DNA from: Yuukianura sp. NJ FZ-2021 | Taxonomy: Eukaryota | DNA length: 64,000 nucleotides | Assembly: GCA_046563655.1 (NCBI GenBank) | Contig: CM102286.1 | Span: forward strand, 7,130,001 to 7,194,000 | Direction of reading: 5' to 3' | Shown: positions 26,039-38,796 of the stretch, one piece after another | How positions within the stretch are numbered: position 1 is the first letter of the stretch | How the letters are laid out: every line of letters starts with the position of its first letter | The notes under the pieces: generated by a model | What the model saw: the letters and a program-made list of their open reading frames with translations, nothing else | Told to the model about the DNA's origin: nothing | The model's database searches: none | Translations under genes and position numbers: made by a program

Positions 26039-29000
26039 ATGTTTCCCCTGACTCACTCCCTTCCTAAAATTCGAGGGTTGGATATACAGACCTGGCAACT
26101 GAGAGAGCACTTTTGCCCTATCTTGGTGGGCACAAAATATTGAGCACAAAAACTTACACAAAAAAACTGCTTCTCTCAACCTAAAAGCTTCGCGCAAACA
26201 AAATGGGAATTTGGAATGAACGTTCTTTGGCTAGATTGGGACGCTGAAGTTGATGAGATTGCCTCATGCGCCCTACCGTCAGCCCTATCTTCTACTTTTT
26301 TACGTATGATCTCTACGGTGAACACACATACATAACAAAACTCAAGATTCACAAATGACATTACATTACAATAGGAGTGAACAGTACGCAAGGAAACATA
26401 AACGGTTATTTCAGCCTTACTTCAACCAAACTTTTTTCAAGCGCAATAACTTAAGCATGAAAACAAAATATTTTGTTGTATTCAAACTCATGAAATGCCG
26501 AAATCGTATTTTCTTGAAATTTAGTGGCCAATTTTTAATGAACAGTGTGGGAAAGGCATTCCTTTTAGCTTTAGTTAGGTTGTTGGGTGAGCGAGTAGTT
26601 TGAAAGTACAGGGAAGAATAGAAGGTTCTTTTCTGTGGCCTTCCATTTTGAAATTTCCTCCCAAGCCCAAGCTTGTAGTCCCAGCAGCTTCAAGCATGAC
26701 GTCAATCCCCTCCAACAACGCCAACGACGCCACCGTGCTCAGCCAATCGACTCTGAGGGGAAACTGAATTCAATAAAGTAAGGTTTTGGCGTGGGATGAA
26801 AGTTTCCAACCCAACCCAAAAACCTCCTTGCCAACAAACTACGGCCAGACCCCCACGTTATTCTTGTGCAACATTCTACCCACCCGAATAAGCCCAACGC
26901 TATAGTCGATGTTCGTGTCATTTCGTCGAGTCGATATAATACAGTGCCTTCAACTCAGCAAAAAATCCAAACATGTCGTAGGCGACATCCACTCTGAGAG
27001 TCCAAGAACACGGAAAATTTTTAGTAACGTCAGCAATTCAGACAAGCCGTCGTTTCGAAAACAAAACGTAACTCTGGCTTGATAGAATTTCGGCCGAACG
27101 CAAAGAAAAGTTACGTAAAATTCGAAATTTTCAGAAAAAAAATGCGAATCGATAAACATGAAGGCTTAGCGTTGCGTTTAAGTTTAAGTTTAAAAACTAA
27201 CTTTAGTAAATTAATCATAACTGCGTTCAAAACTGCGTTCTAGCGAAGAAAATGATGAAATTTGCAAATCGTTTCGTTTTTGTACAATTGCAGCAACTTG
27301 CCCAAAAGTTTGGGAATGGCTATGCGCATGTGCGAAATTTGAAATCTTGGAAACGAAAACGCTGAAAATGGCATTAATCTCAAGTGAAGCTTTGAAATTT
27401 GGAAGCGTCATGCGCCGTAGCATCTCAAACGGAGTAGTTGGCTTACTGTAGTGGTTTTATTGTACGGAGTTTGTAAGGCAGATGGGCGAAGGCCACGATT
27501 CAGCTGCCAACGGAAGCTTACGACAGGGGAGTAGTGGAGGGTTTAGAATGTTTTCCGCCGTCGCCGTCGTCGACGAAAAGTTCTCTCTTTTAGATTTAGT
27601 TTTTGGGAGACTCAAGTTAAGGTTCCCATGCTCGTTTTTTTCTTTTTCTTTTTCAATCTCCCTCCTATTCAAGCCAACATAACGCCTAATGCCTTTTTCC
27701 CTTGGTTCATTTTATCCTTCCAACTTCCACTCGAACCCACCACCACCATACCACCCATCTGCCTCTGCCACTGCCTCTCTACAGAATGCTTTCAAAGTGA
27801 ACCAAAAAAATAAAGGAGGAAACTCATTCCATCAACTTTTAGGTCCCAACTTTAGTGCACACTATACGAAATTGGATTCAGGCAGAGAGAGAGAGTAGGC
27901 ACAAAAGTTAGGTTAGGCTAACCTAACCTAAAAGGAAGCCGGGAAATGTGAAAATGCCCTACTGGTGATGCCATGCCAGACAGGCTCTGAGCAGTGCCCA
28001 CCACAAGAAATACGACGGCTTTTACCAGTTTTCAAACTCGGCGCCTTTCACAGTCTTGAACATTCGATTCCCGGAAGCCTTTGGACGCTAACTCATGAAC
28101 AGTTCCCAGCTGTACGCATGGAACCTAACCAAAGCTAGCCTACATGAATGTTCACAACTGAACATGTATAGGTCACAGTTCATAAGATGCGTCCATGAAC
28201 ATATAGGTCCATGGACAGCCCGTCCAAAAGTGGCTGGTTACGGCTACATTGTTGGCATGGGGCAAGGAGAGATTTGGAAAGTACTTTCACTCTCTCAGAC
28301 GCTGTCACTTTCTCCTCCCTCCTAAAAGCGTCTGCCTAATGCTCCAAACATTTTTGAATGTTCCCTCGCCACCCAAGTGACTTTCTGGAGAACTTATCTT
28401 GGTCGTTCCTGATCCATTCTGCCTTTGACTATGTTAGAGTCCTCTTTCCTTCCATGGGTTAGGTAGGAACCTACAAAAATCCGTGGAACTGTTCGGCTAA
28501 GGCTGGAAGCGCCCTTCGACGGTTCCTTCCCTGCACCGTTTGATGTGACGGAAGGCTAATAACCATCAAGATGTTGGGAACTGCAGGGAGGCTAAAGCGC
28601 AGGAAGATCCTCAGAAGGAATCTTCCGCCGTTTATCCTTTTTCCCGCCTGGACTTGAGCAACATTTTCCCGCTATCTCTGAATTGACCAATTCCTACGAA
28701 AACTCAAATAGCTCTCGTCTTCACTCTTGCGCTCTTCTGTCAACTTTACAAAAATTTTCCCTTCTTGATTGGCCAGGGAATTCATCTCCTTTTCTTCTTC
28801 CCAAAAGCACATGCACTACCAGTTGATTCCTATCAGGTGCTCTGTCAAGACATTACAGACTTGTCCTTGCTACAGCAAAAACAATAGGCCATAACATGCT
28901 ACACTTTACTAATGTATCAAACTTATTCTGCAACAATGTTCAGCATGACCTTGGAATAAAAGCGGAAAAAGAACGCGGGAAAGAGCTTTTCTCAGGTTAA

Positions 29001-32000
29001 CTTTTAATATCGATTTAAGCTATCACGGATTCTCCCGCTTATGAAAAAAACTAAATCCGTGAAAACCAAAATTAGGAAAATCGGAAATAATGAGACGATA
29101 TTAACTTTCATAATGCTGAAATGACTTCCTGAGGAGATGCAAAGGGCGGTTAGGCTAGGATTAGGTTACGGTTAGGTTTATTGGTCCAAGAATGTTATAG
29201 CAGGAGGCAGAAAGTGAGTGGAGGAGTGAAAGGTGAGGACTGTTGATTATTGGAAGGTGTTAATGGGATAAGTGGGATGATCGGGGATTGTGATTACTCC
29301 ATCCCATACAAAGTCCCAGATTATAATCACCCAACAACAAACGCCATGTGCTTTTCAGAATCACATTTTATACACACATTTGCACTGATTACTCCCCACC
29401 ACACTTATTTCCCTCCTAAATGTCTAATTACTACTAAACCGCCCTTCCATGTGTACGTACACACATGCACTTGTAGACTCTTAACATGTCTAATCATACA
29501 AGTTCGGTGTGTCTCAAAATGACATGACACTTGATGATACCCATTCATTATTTACATCGTCTCAATTGCCGTGTCCCTCCTTTGCATTCTTACGCAACGC
29601 CAATTTAAAAACAGGCGACTTAAAATTTTAATTTCGATTCGAGCTGTACAAAACACGGTGTGTAAAATTTAATGAAATTTGCGTCAATATTTTCATTCTG
29701 ATTTGACAAAATTTGTAAACATAAATTTAATAGACCAATTTGGGATTCAAAATTTAAAATAATTTTTAAACTTAGTTTATGAAATTGGTAAGTCTTTTGG
29801 AAATTTGGAAATCTTAAAAATTTTAGAATGTAAATCTGCTCGGTTTGTGGGATTGGTGATGAATTGTGAATGACCTTCCAAAAGTGCATCAAAATTTTAA
29901 AGGATGAAATGCATTTTGAACCAATGCTTGATTAAAATTTAAGTTCAAAACAAGTTTGCTACTTTTAGCAAATCATTGTCTGCGGTGACTTTTAGTGCAA
30001 ACCAAAACTACGTACTTGTCCAGTGGAAGGTTGTGTCAAGTTGAGGCTAAAGTGTGATAAGTTATCACTGGTGTCTAAACCATTGCTTACTCAATTGAAA
30101 GTGTAGTTAGTGATAAGTGTGGTTACTTACAGCGCCTTGTTGCCCGGTGTTTGGCGTTGACATTGTTCTACCCCATCCTCGCCGTGTCTGTCAATTTGGT
30201 TGCTATAGCTGTGTAGGATGCAGTGGCGGGAAATGCTTTCTCTGGCTTCAAATTGCTTTCTCTCGAGAGTCGTGCCTTGGGAAGAAGCGGAGCCGATTCG
30301 TGTGTGCTGAGAGCTCAACCAACGTCCGTGTGCAGAGTGAACCTTCCATGGGAGTCCAATGCAGTTTTCCCTAAGTTGGGAACATAGGCGAGGGCAAACA
30401 CAGTCGAATCCCCTCTACACTAACTTAGACTCTACACAGGACTTGGTTAGGTTGCCACAGAGAAGGAGAGCTATGAACGCGCACAGCCCACCAACCAAAC
30501 CGGAGTTGGCTACCCCTCCCCTATGCCCACTGACTCAACATACCCAAGGCACTGGCCACTCGCGAACTTCTCAAGTTTCATGACATAGCATTGACCTCTG
30601 TCCTGGAAAGCACTGCTCAATTCCCCGAATTCTGTTCGAACCCGCCGATGTGACCTTCAACTCATCCGAAATGGTCGGCTTTCTCCTGAACGAAGCTTTT
30701 GGCTTGAAAGATTCGGAAAGAGTTGAACTTTTTTTTCAGCTTTTGCTGATGAAGTAGATGATCAAAGCGGTTTTCCCGAAGCAGCGCCCTTTTCTCCTCT
30801 CGGAGAAACTTCAGAATATGAAGATGGCTACTGCACTTATTGTCTGCGGTTGATTCTGTGATTTGGAAATTGCAATCACAATATTTCCAAATATTTAAAC
30901 CACATATCTGAATTAACTACCGATCCCAACACTGTCATCGGTCATAATATGAACATCCGACTGACGAAGAAGTATTGGTTTAAAAATATAATAGTAGTTA
31001 ATGTTATTGTTCCAAACAGAACTGGCGTCTGGTGGTGTTCCGGAGCAGTTTGTGCTCTATTTATATAGTGGTATATTTATGTTACTGTACACATCTATTT
31101 GACAAGTTTAAACCTTCAATTTTTGTATTTTATCTTTAAATTTAGAAATATTAAGTTAAGGCGTGTAATTGAAAATCATACTAAAATGATCAAGTGTTTA
31201 GAAATTTCCTTGAACTTTTGTTTCTTTTTTAAACAAATTTTGCTTAAATATTTGAGTTACAAATTTTGTGAATTGAGGTTCAATTTTGTTTTTATTTGAA
31301 GAAAGGAGTTTTGCATTGTATTAGGTTAATTTCCATTAATGGAATACCGTCAGAATTATAATTACTGTCTATGTTAAACTAAATTATATAACGTTTTTTA
31401 GTCATATAAAATTTATAATTTGATCATTCAAAATACAATGTAATCAAAATACGATATAATCAAGTAGCGAAGTTATGAAATTGAGCTTTGATAAAAACTG
31501 AGATTTTGGAACTTTTAGTTTTGATTTGGTAGCTGTTCATACCAAAACAAAAAATACACTATATTCTTGTAAATGTCGCACTTTTGGACATCAAATGAAT
31601 TCATCCAAGAGGTGGCGTCCATGTCGATGACCCAAATGTTTCAACCGCTGTAACTGTAAGGTGGTTGGCGAAAAAGAAATCAGAAGTCGATACTGTGAGA
31701 GAAGCCCGTAGAGGCAGTTCCTTTGGTTTTGGAATGACGGGCAGAATGACAACAAAGACTGACTTTAGTTAGTAGTTTTTTTTATAAAGTAATGTCTCAT
31801 GTATTATAACATCTTCATAACACAAAATTTTGTCTGTTTTACTTTGGAGCACCGTAAATTCCAATAGAACGAAAACGAATGTTTCAAAAGCGTTTTGCAG
31901 AGCGTTTCATTATGGTAAACCCACTCAATCAGTGTAGAGCGAATGTTGCAACATGTTTGAACGAAGAAATGTCCAGCATAGAAACAGAAGATTGTGTAGT

Positions 32001-32598
32001 TTTTTTTTTTGATTACGCCAAATATTTTCGTTATAATACAAACAGGAATTTAAAAAAAAAAAAAAAAGTAAATACGATACTTTTTACACAATTCGTTGTG
32101 CCCAGAGTCACTTGTCGTAATCTGATTTGCTGTATTGCAGCAAAATGTCACACAACCTATGCGTCAAATACATCCAACTAAAATTTAATTACTAATGGAT
32201 TATTTTCAATTCTTGGCGCCTCTTAGAAATATTCACCAGGTTGTTTTTGTCTATACTTTCTTCAAGGATGATGCAGAAGTGAACTTTAGCTTGAATTTCA
32301 AGTGATTGACGAATATAGCAAAACAATAACCCACAATAATGTGAAAATGACACAATTTAGCTTACATTTTGGATCAACTACAACCTAACGCCTCAGTTAC
32401 AGGTGCAATACTAACGTAACTCACGTAATTACTAACGTAAGACATTGGATCATAACATTTCACTAATAATTAAAATTTTTAAGAAGTCAGGAAAAATCGC
32501 TTCGCCAATGCCGTAAGCGCGTAGTTGTTTCTCAATTGTCACATTGCTACCAGGTTGCAGTGTTTGTCTGGAGCGAAAGCCCGTGCGTTAAATCAAAG

Positions 32599-33397
32599 GG
32601 GTCCATGCCATTACATCAAAACAAAGACATAAGCAGCAAAGACATCAGCACCAAACACATAAGCAAGAAAGACATAAGCAATGCAAACACATAAGCAACC
32701 GAAATACATCAGCACAAAACACATCAGCAAAAAAGACATAAGCAAGGCAAACACATAAGCACCGCAAACACATCAGCACGAAACACATAAGCAGGAAAGA
32801 CATCAGCAGTACAATTACATAAGCAACATAATTACATAAGCAGATCAAATTGCTCCGGAATTAAATTAAATTGCATTATGGCGTTTAGAGCTCCTTCATA
32901 TGCTAACCACACCTAACCTAATGATTTACAGCTTAACCTGACGTAATCTTTCAATTGCTAGCCTTTGCCTAACCTAACCGATCGAATTTTAACAGAACCT
33001 GCTAAACACTACTATATACTACTTAACCTAACGCATAATTTTAACTTTCACGTTAAATTTAACTTACCTGCTAGAAAAAATTTTAACCTGCTAACTACAT
33101 TAAAGAATACGTCAGTGCAATTCAATTGAATATGGTCGGAGGAATTTGTGGTCTGCTTATGTAATTATGTTGCTTACGTAATTATACTGCTTATGTCTTT
33201 CCTGCTTATGTGTTTTGTGCTGATGTGTTAGCGGTGCTTATGTGTTTCCCTTGCTTATGCCTTTTTTGCTGATGTGTTTGGTGCTGATGTGTTTGCGGTG
33301 CTTATGTGTTTCCCTTGCTTATGTCTTTCTTGCTTATGTGTTTGGTGCTGATGTCTTTTCTGCTTATGTCTTTTTTTTGATGTAATGGCGTGCTTCG
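32599..33397. mobile_element. Non-autonomous foldback DNA transposon (long modular inverted repeats), 8-bp TSD
   Basis: Left arm (about 32599-32880) and right arm (about 33115-33397) are reverse complements built from 15-17-bp acacataagca/acatcagca units. Termini gggtccatgccattacatc / gatgtaatggcgtgcttcg. Direct repeat AATCAAAG at 32591-32598 and 33398-33405. The spacer is rich in taacct. Confidence 0.88.
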
Positions 33398-36348
33398 AAT
33401 CAAAGTTACCAAACTAGCCAAATTTTTGCTGCTTGGTAACTTTCACCAAGCCGTATAAGCTTCATTAAATTGTTTTATTCTTTCTTTTTTCGCCAAAATT
33501 TGTAATTTAGACCTGATATTCCTTCGTGATTTAATTTTTCTAGCGTAGGAAATGCAATTCAAATGATAAATTCCTGTTTTATTCTACTTATATAAATTAT
33601 TTTATTCTGTAAACTGTAGTTGCGTAAGCTCATACACAGGTCACAAGCGATGACCACCTATTTAGTTAAGCTGACGTATTTGCTTCGTAACCAGCGACAC
33701 TTGAGCGGTGAGCTAAATTTTGTTGTTATCAATTAGCCATAAGAATCTCAACATTTACACCCATCATTGCAGTAATTTGTATAAGTCTTAGATGTGTCAC
33801 TTCATTCTTGCAATTTCAGTGTAAAATGTCACTGTAAAATGTGTTGCAGTAATGTTAGCCTTAATGTATTTGCGTTTTTCATAACTTTCCCTTGCCCGAT
33901 GAATCTGAGATGACTCAGGGAAATGCTGCGCATGCTCTGAAATAGCTTTGTGATGACATGTCTCCTGGTTACCCTGAAAAGCTCCTTTGAACACCGAACC
34001 AAAGGGAAAGTTCATTTTCATTTCACAAAAGAATGTGGAGGTTTTATATTTTTAGTTTCTTTCGAATCTTCCAGCAGCGCTGATTTTCAAACTTCCAAAT
34101 CAATCTCAGATTACTTATTAATTTTTAACGCTTGAACTTGGAACAATTAAATAACTTTAACAATTGAAAACGTTTTCACACATGGTCCAGTGCCCGTTAA
34201 AACCTCACTATCAAATTGCATGTACATATGTAGTAAGAATAGCATGTATAGAAACAGTTCTTGCGTTTGGCACGACACTTTATCTGCGCATTCACAAAAA
34301 ATCCTGCTAAACTTACTTAAATACTTCTTTAATGTAATGAATTTAGATGATTTCCTCAAACAACAACCAAAATAAGAAGCACATAACCTAAATTAACGTA
34401 ACATCTAAAAGCTCGACTTAAAGCCCTGTTGAAAGCGCATCGCCCTGTTGCCTGTCATTTGTGTGTGGTTTAGGAGTTTATTGTTGGACAAAAAATTTCA
34501 CCCAATCGAACTTTCTCCTCCAGAAAGCGTATAGTTTCAAAGCATAAATTTTCTCGGCGTCTTATGAGGATTTCAGTTCCCATTTCAACTGTGAGTGATT
34601 AACAAGACGAGTTTTATTCGTTTGAAAGTTGGAGGAATGAGATTCAGTTCTGTATTTGTATAAAACTGAATGTTTGGTTCAGTGCTGAAGCAAAAACTAG
34701 TTTTCCTTTTATAAGGTTGGTGTCCTTCGAGTCTCCTCTACCGAGACTTTTAGTTTTGTTCATAATAGAAATGCTCCTTTGCTTCATCATGGCAAAGTGG
34801 AGAGAAGGCGATATGACGGCAGAGTTCTACGAAAACCTCCTTCTGCTTCCCAGTCTTGTCAGTACTTTTGGTTCTACGGCCACAGAATTGTATTTTTGGA
34901 TTTAGGTTGGCTAGGAAAGCATAGTGCTTTGCCATCCCTCCCTACAACGATGCCACCCACTGCCATTGCCGAAGCTAGGAAGTACTTTGCTTCGACTGAA
35001 TTTCGCATAGAGACATGTACTGCTATGCTTCAGCCCTTCACAGTTGGGTACCAATGGTCTTGGCTACAAGGGCGTGGGGAAGAATGTAGGAAAACGGGAT
35101 ATACTAAACCTATGTAACGCTGATCAACAAAATGGGGGTGATGAACAGAAAGTGTAGTCGAAAAAGGTTTTTGAAACGGAAAATCCACACTATGAGGGGA
35201 GATACGTCACATAAGCTAAATTTTATCAGCAATGTAGAATGTACGAGCTGGATGGTTTTGTATTTGTATACTTCAATTTACTAACGTTATTTACATTATG
35301 TCATGAATGTTGAATTTTTCGTATACGATACAATTATCAAAAGTAGGTAGGTGAAAGCAGGCACGGGTAGTAGCCGGGGATTGTACGAACATCGGTTTTA
35401 AAATTTGTTTAATACAAAACTTTGTACCACTGAAAATCGAGAATCTTAAAATTTCGTGTGAACATAAAACGATATGAGAAGTTTGAAATATACTGTGTTC
35501 CAAATTTTGCCTGTTAGTTTAAGATTTTTCAGACAAATGGAAATAGTATTTCAAAACGACATTATGAAAGCACTTAGTTACGTTTATGTTTTTCTTACGA
35601 TTTGATTTTTTTTAGTTTCAAACATTCCCCTTGAAAAAATTCAAAAGTGAATCGTCGCAGACTTTTCACTCACGTCGTACGTAGATACTACATTTGAACA
35701 TGTTCTTTTCTTGACCAACGAGGTGCTGAGTCTGCAGCAGAAATTTTGCTGCAGAATTTCAGGTTTACGTAACCCAATCCGCAGTTTGTCATTACAGACG
35801 ACTGCAAATGCATCGGTTAATCGCGCAATTACCATGAGCAGACATATTCCATGATTAACAGTTCATTTTAATTTTTTTTAAAATAAAATGTTATAAAATT
35901 GTCAAAGTGGTTTGGCATTATTGTAGCCTATGGCCTGACCTCTATGAACAATGATTCTAACTCTTAATTGCTAATACAGGAATAGTATGAACGCTAAGAT
36001 CAATATGAAATTTAATAAAGGTTTTTAACCTAACCTTTGTTTGGATCAAAACCATAATGCTGAATTAATTTTACCAAATTAAAGGATTGATTTCAATTCA
36101 ACAGTTAAATCATTTCACTTTTTAACATAACAAATTCTGCGTGGAATGCTCTTTCCCATAACTGCAACTTTCAGTTTACAAGGGTGTTGTAGGCTAATAG
36201 GCGGGAATTAATACATAGTGGTATGTTTTTGTGCTACCTTCAACAATTTGTCAATTGTAAGCACATGTTTTCAGTTTATGTTTACAAATCGTTAAAATAG
36301 TAAGGAAAGTAATTAATCTTAGATTAAATTTAATCGAGGAATACGAAG

Positions 36349-37332
36349 ATGAGGAAACTAAAGTTCCACGAACAGAAACTACTAAAGAAAGTCGACTTTA
36401 TCAACTGGGAAGCGGACAACAACCTCCATGAAGTCAAAGTAATGCGAAAATACCATATTCAAAAACGAGAAGATTATACGAAGTAAGTTCGTGTTTCTAA
36501 ATTCATTCACATAACGTAGGCCTTGTAATTAATTAATTCAATTTTGTAATCCACAGGTACAATAAGCTGTCGCGAGAAATTCGAGAACTGAGCCGCAAAA
36601 TAAAGGAATTGAACCCAAAAAATCCGTCAAGAGTTGAAGCTGGTGCTCAGCTTTTAGAGAAATTGTGAGTTTTACACAAATTCATGTACTACAAACAAAA
36701 TTTATTGAATGAAAAATCGGGTGCCGATGAGAAGGAATTAACATGCAATCAAGTGCTATGCCTTGCAATAATCAGCCTTACGCTTTTAGATATCAAATGG
36801 GACTAATACCTACAAGGCAGTCATTAGAGTTGTGTGATGCAGTAACCGCTTCCAGTTTCTGCCGGCGACGATTACCACTTGTAATGGTACGAAGCAAAAT
36901 GGCACAGACTATCAAAGACGCAACCAAATTTGTAGAACAAGGTCACGTTAGGGTTGGAATTGACGTTGTGAAGGATCCAGCATTTCTTGTTACCAGGTGG
37001 AACATCGCAATAATTCATAATATCGAAAGGACTTAAGTTTCGTAATCATGTTCATGACTGATTTACTTACTAAAATATTACAATAAGATTTGAGTACTTT
37101 TTGCACTAATTCTATTTTGCGATCTAGAAGCCTGGAAGACTTTGTGACCTGGGTTAATACTTCCGCCATCAGGAAACATGTTATGGAATACAACGCCGTG
37201 GTAAGAATCCCCGCCGTCACTTGTGAATCTGTCACTATTCCCTCCTTTATTTTCTTTCATTGTTCCATCGTTAGTTTACAATCTTACTGTTGATATTTTG
37301 ATTCTTAGAGAGACGACTATGATATGATGTAA
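36349..37332 (+). CDS. IMP3: U3 snoRNP protein IMP3, 5 exons
   Basis: [20 protein letters not shown]...[22 protein letters not shown]...LLEKL|YQMGLIP...[12 protein letters not shown]...[10 protein letters not shown]...[17 protein letters not shown]...[15 protein letters not shown]. Confidence 0.96.
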
Positions 37333-37495
37333 ACGAGTTTTGCGGATTTTGCTTGTGGGTGTGAAGATTTAAGAAAACGGTGAAGTGGTTCGGCTCTTTT
37401 GACGCTGCAATTCAAATGACTACGTTTTTTCACTCAAACTTTAAATATATTTTGATGTCACCTTACAGAAATAAAGTAACACTTACACTCTGTTT

Positions 37496-38584
37496 TCACA
37501 AGTCTGGCACTCGGGCCTCTAGAAGCGGCAATCCGAATTCATCCAACCGGATTCCATTGTTCTCCTAATTTTCGAACGGAAAAACTGTAAGACTTTGACC
37601 TACGTTGATAATGGATTTGGATTTCCATAGTTGGGATCTGACGAACTAGAACTGTCTTACAGTATTCAATAGTTGTCTCCCTCCATGGTCTGCCACTGGT
37701 GGTGTGGATTGCGTTGTAGCCAAGCGTCCAGCGATTTGAGGTGACTCCACTGGGTTCTGAGTGACTGCATCCAGATATGACTTGTCCTCATCCATAATGA
37801 TTCCTTCCAACTCAGCCTCTAACTGATCTTCATCAATGTCAGAAATGCCAGGGAATGTTCGGCCAAGGGCCTCTTGAATTCCATCGGAGATTTCTAAAAC
37901 ATCGTCCAGGCTGTCACGTAGGTCCTGCGCATCAATAACTTACAATAGTTAAACGATCGATGAAGATTATTAACGGTTTGGTGTACTTGAGCCTGTAAAT
38001 TCCGTACACAAAAGCTTAAAACAAACGAAACTCACTTCGACTTCATCAAGGGTAATTTTCTTGTTGGCTTTCTCAATTTCTTTCAACGTAGACTTCATTG
38101 TGGAAACAATTTGCTGATTTGTACTTGCTGCATGCATGGCTGAAGTAGCTTGTTCCATGTTAAACGATTGTTGCTGCAAGTTAGACTCCATTTCCTCGTA
38201 TCTACAATGAAAATTTTTTTTTTTCAAAGTCAAGGAAAACTTCGGCATGCATTCACTTTGACTTTACTTTTTCTTTCTTTGCAGAATCAGTTTTGCTTTC
38301 CCCAAAAGCGTATTGTACCCATCACTTCCCCTGCGAAGCCGATTCATCTGTTCTCGAACGCGAACTAATTCAGCGTCACAAGCAGTAATTTTGGCTCGCA
38401 GATCTTCTGCTTTTCGGTCCACCTATGCCAAAGATCATGAAATTCACGCAAATTGTTTAGCATTGTGCGACTTTTTTTGTCCTAGAGTGTCTCTGCTCAA
38501 CAAAAGGGAACCTACCCGGTCAATTGTATCGGAAATAGTAGGCTGAGCCGGTCGAGGTTTTCCAATACCAATAATTCGCTTCAT
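37496..38584 (-). CDS. CHMP5: Charged multivesicular body protein 5 (Vps60/Snf7 family), divergent
   Basis: Five exons: MKRIIGIGKPRPAQPTISDTIDR|VDRKAEDLRAKITACDAELV...|YEEMESNLQQQSFNMEQA...|DLRDSLDDVLE...IQEALGR...IDEDQLEAELE...SYLD|ENNGIRLDEFGLP. QQSFNMEQA and DEFGLP are CHMP5 hallmarks. Confidence 0.9.
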
Positions 38585-38782
38585 CCTTGAAATTCGCTGC
38601 AATGCTTTTCGTTGAATTTCAATGTAAGTTCTAGTTTCTGGGCAAGTCACTCCAAGAAAACTGGGTGAAAATTTTTCACAAAAATTTGGACAAAGTCGAA
38701 TTGGCTTTGCAACTACTACCTGCGCTGCGCGGACGCTGGGTATGAAAAGCAACGCTAAACAGGAATTAAACAAAGCAGTTCG

Positions 38783-38796
38783 GTTGTCATGGCAAC
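38783..38796. promoter_or_regulatory. RFX X-box upstream of the CHMP5-like gene
   Basis: GTTGTCATGGCAAC, one mismatch from the perfect palindrome GTTGCCATGGCAAC, about 200 bp upstream of the ATG at 38584. Confidence 0.72.

Noticed and set aside
32620..32845. Regular short repeats resembling a CRISPR array
   Set aside because: Eukaryotic context, no unique spacers and no cas genes. The repeats are mirrored at 33150-33390 as the arms of a foldback transposon.
32645..32848. Cys/Leu-rich 67-aa ORF
   Set aside because: Translation of the foldback tandem repeats.
34717..35117. Short + strand ORFs of 62 and 112 aa
   Set aside because: No domain motif and no consistent exon chain could be built.
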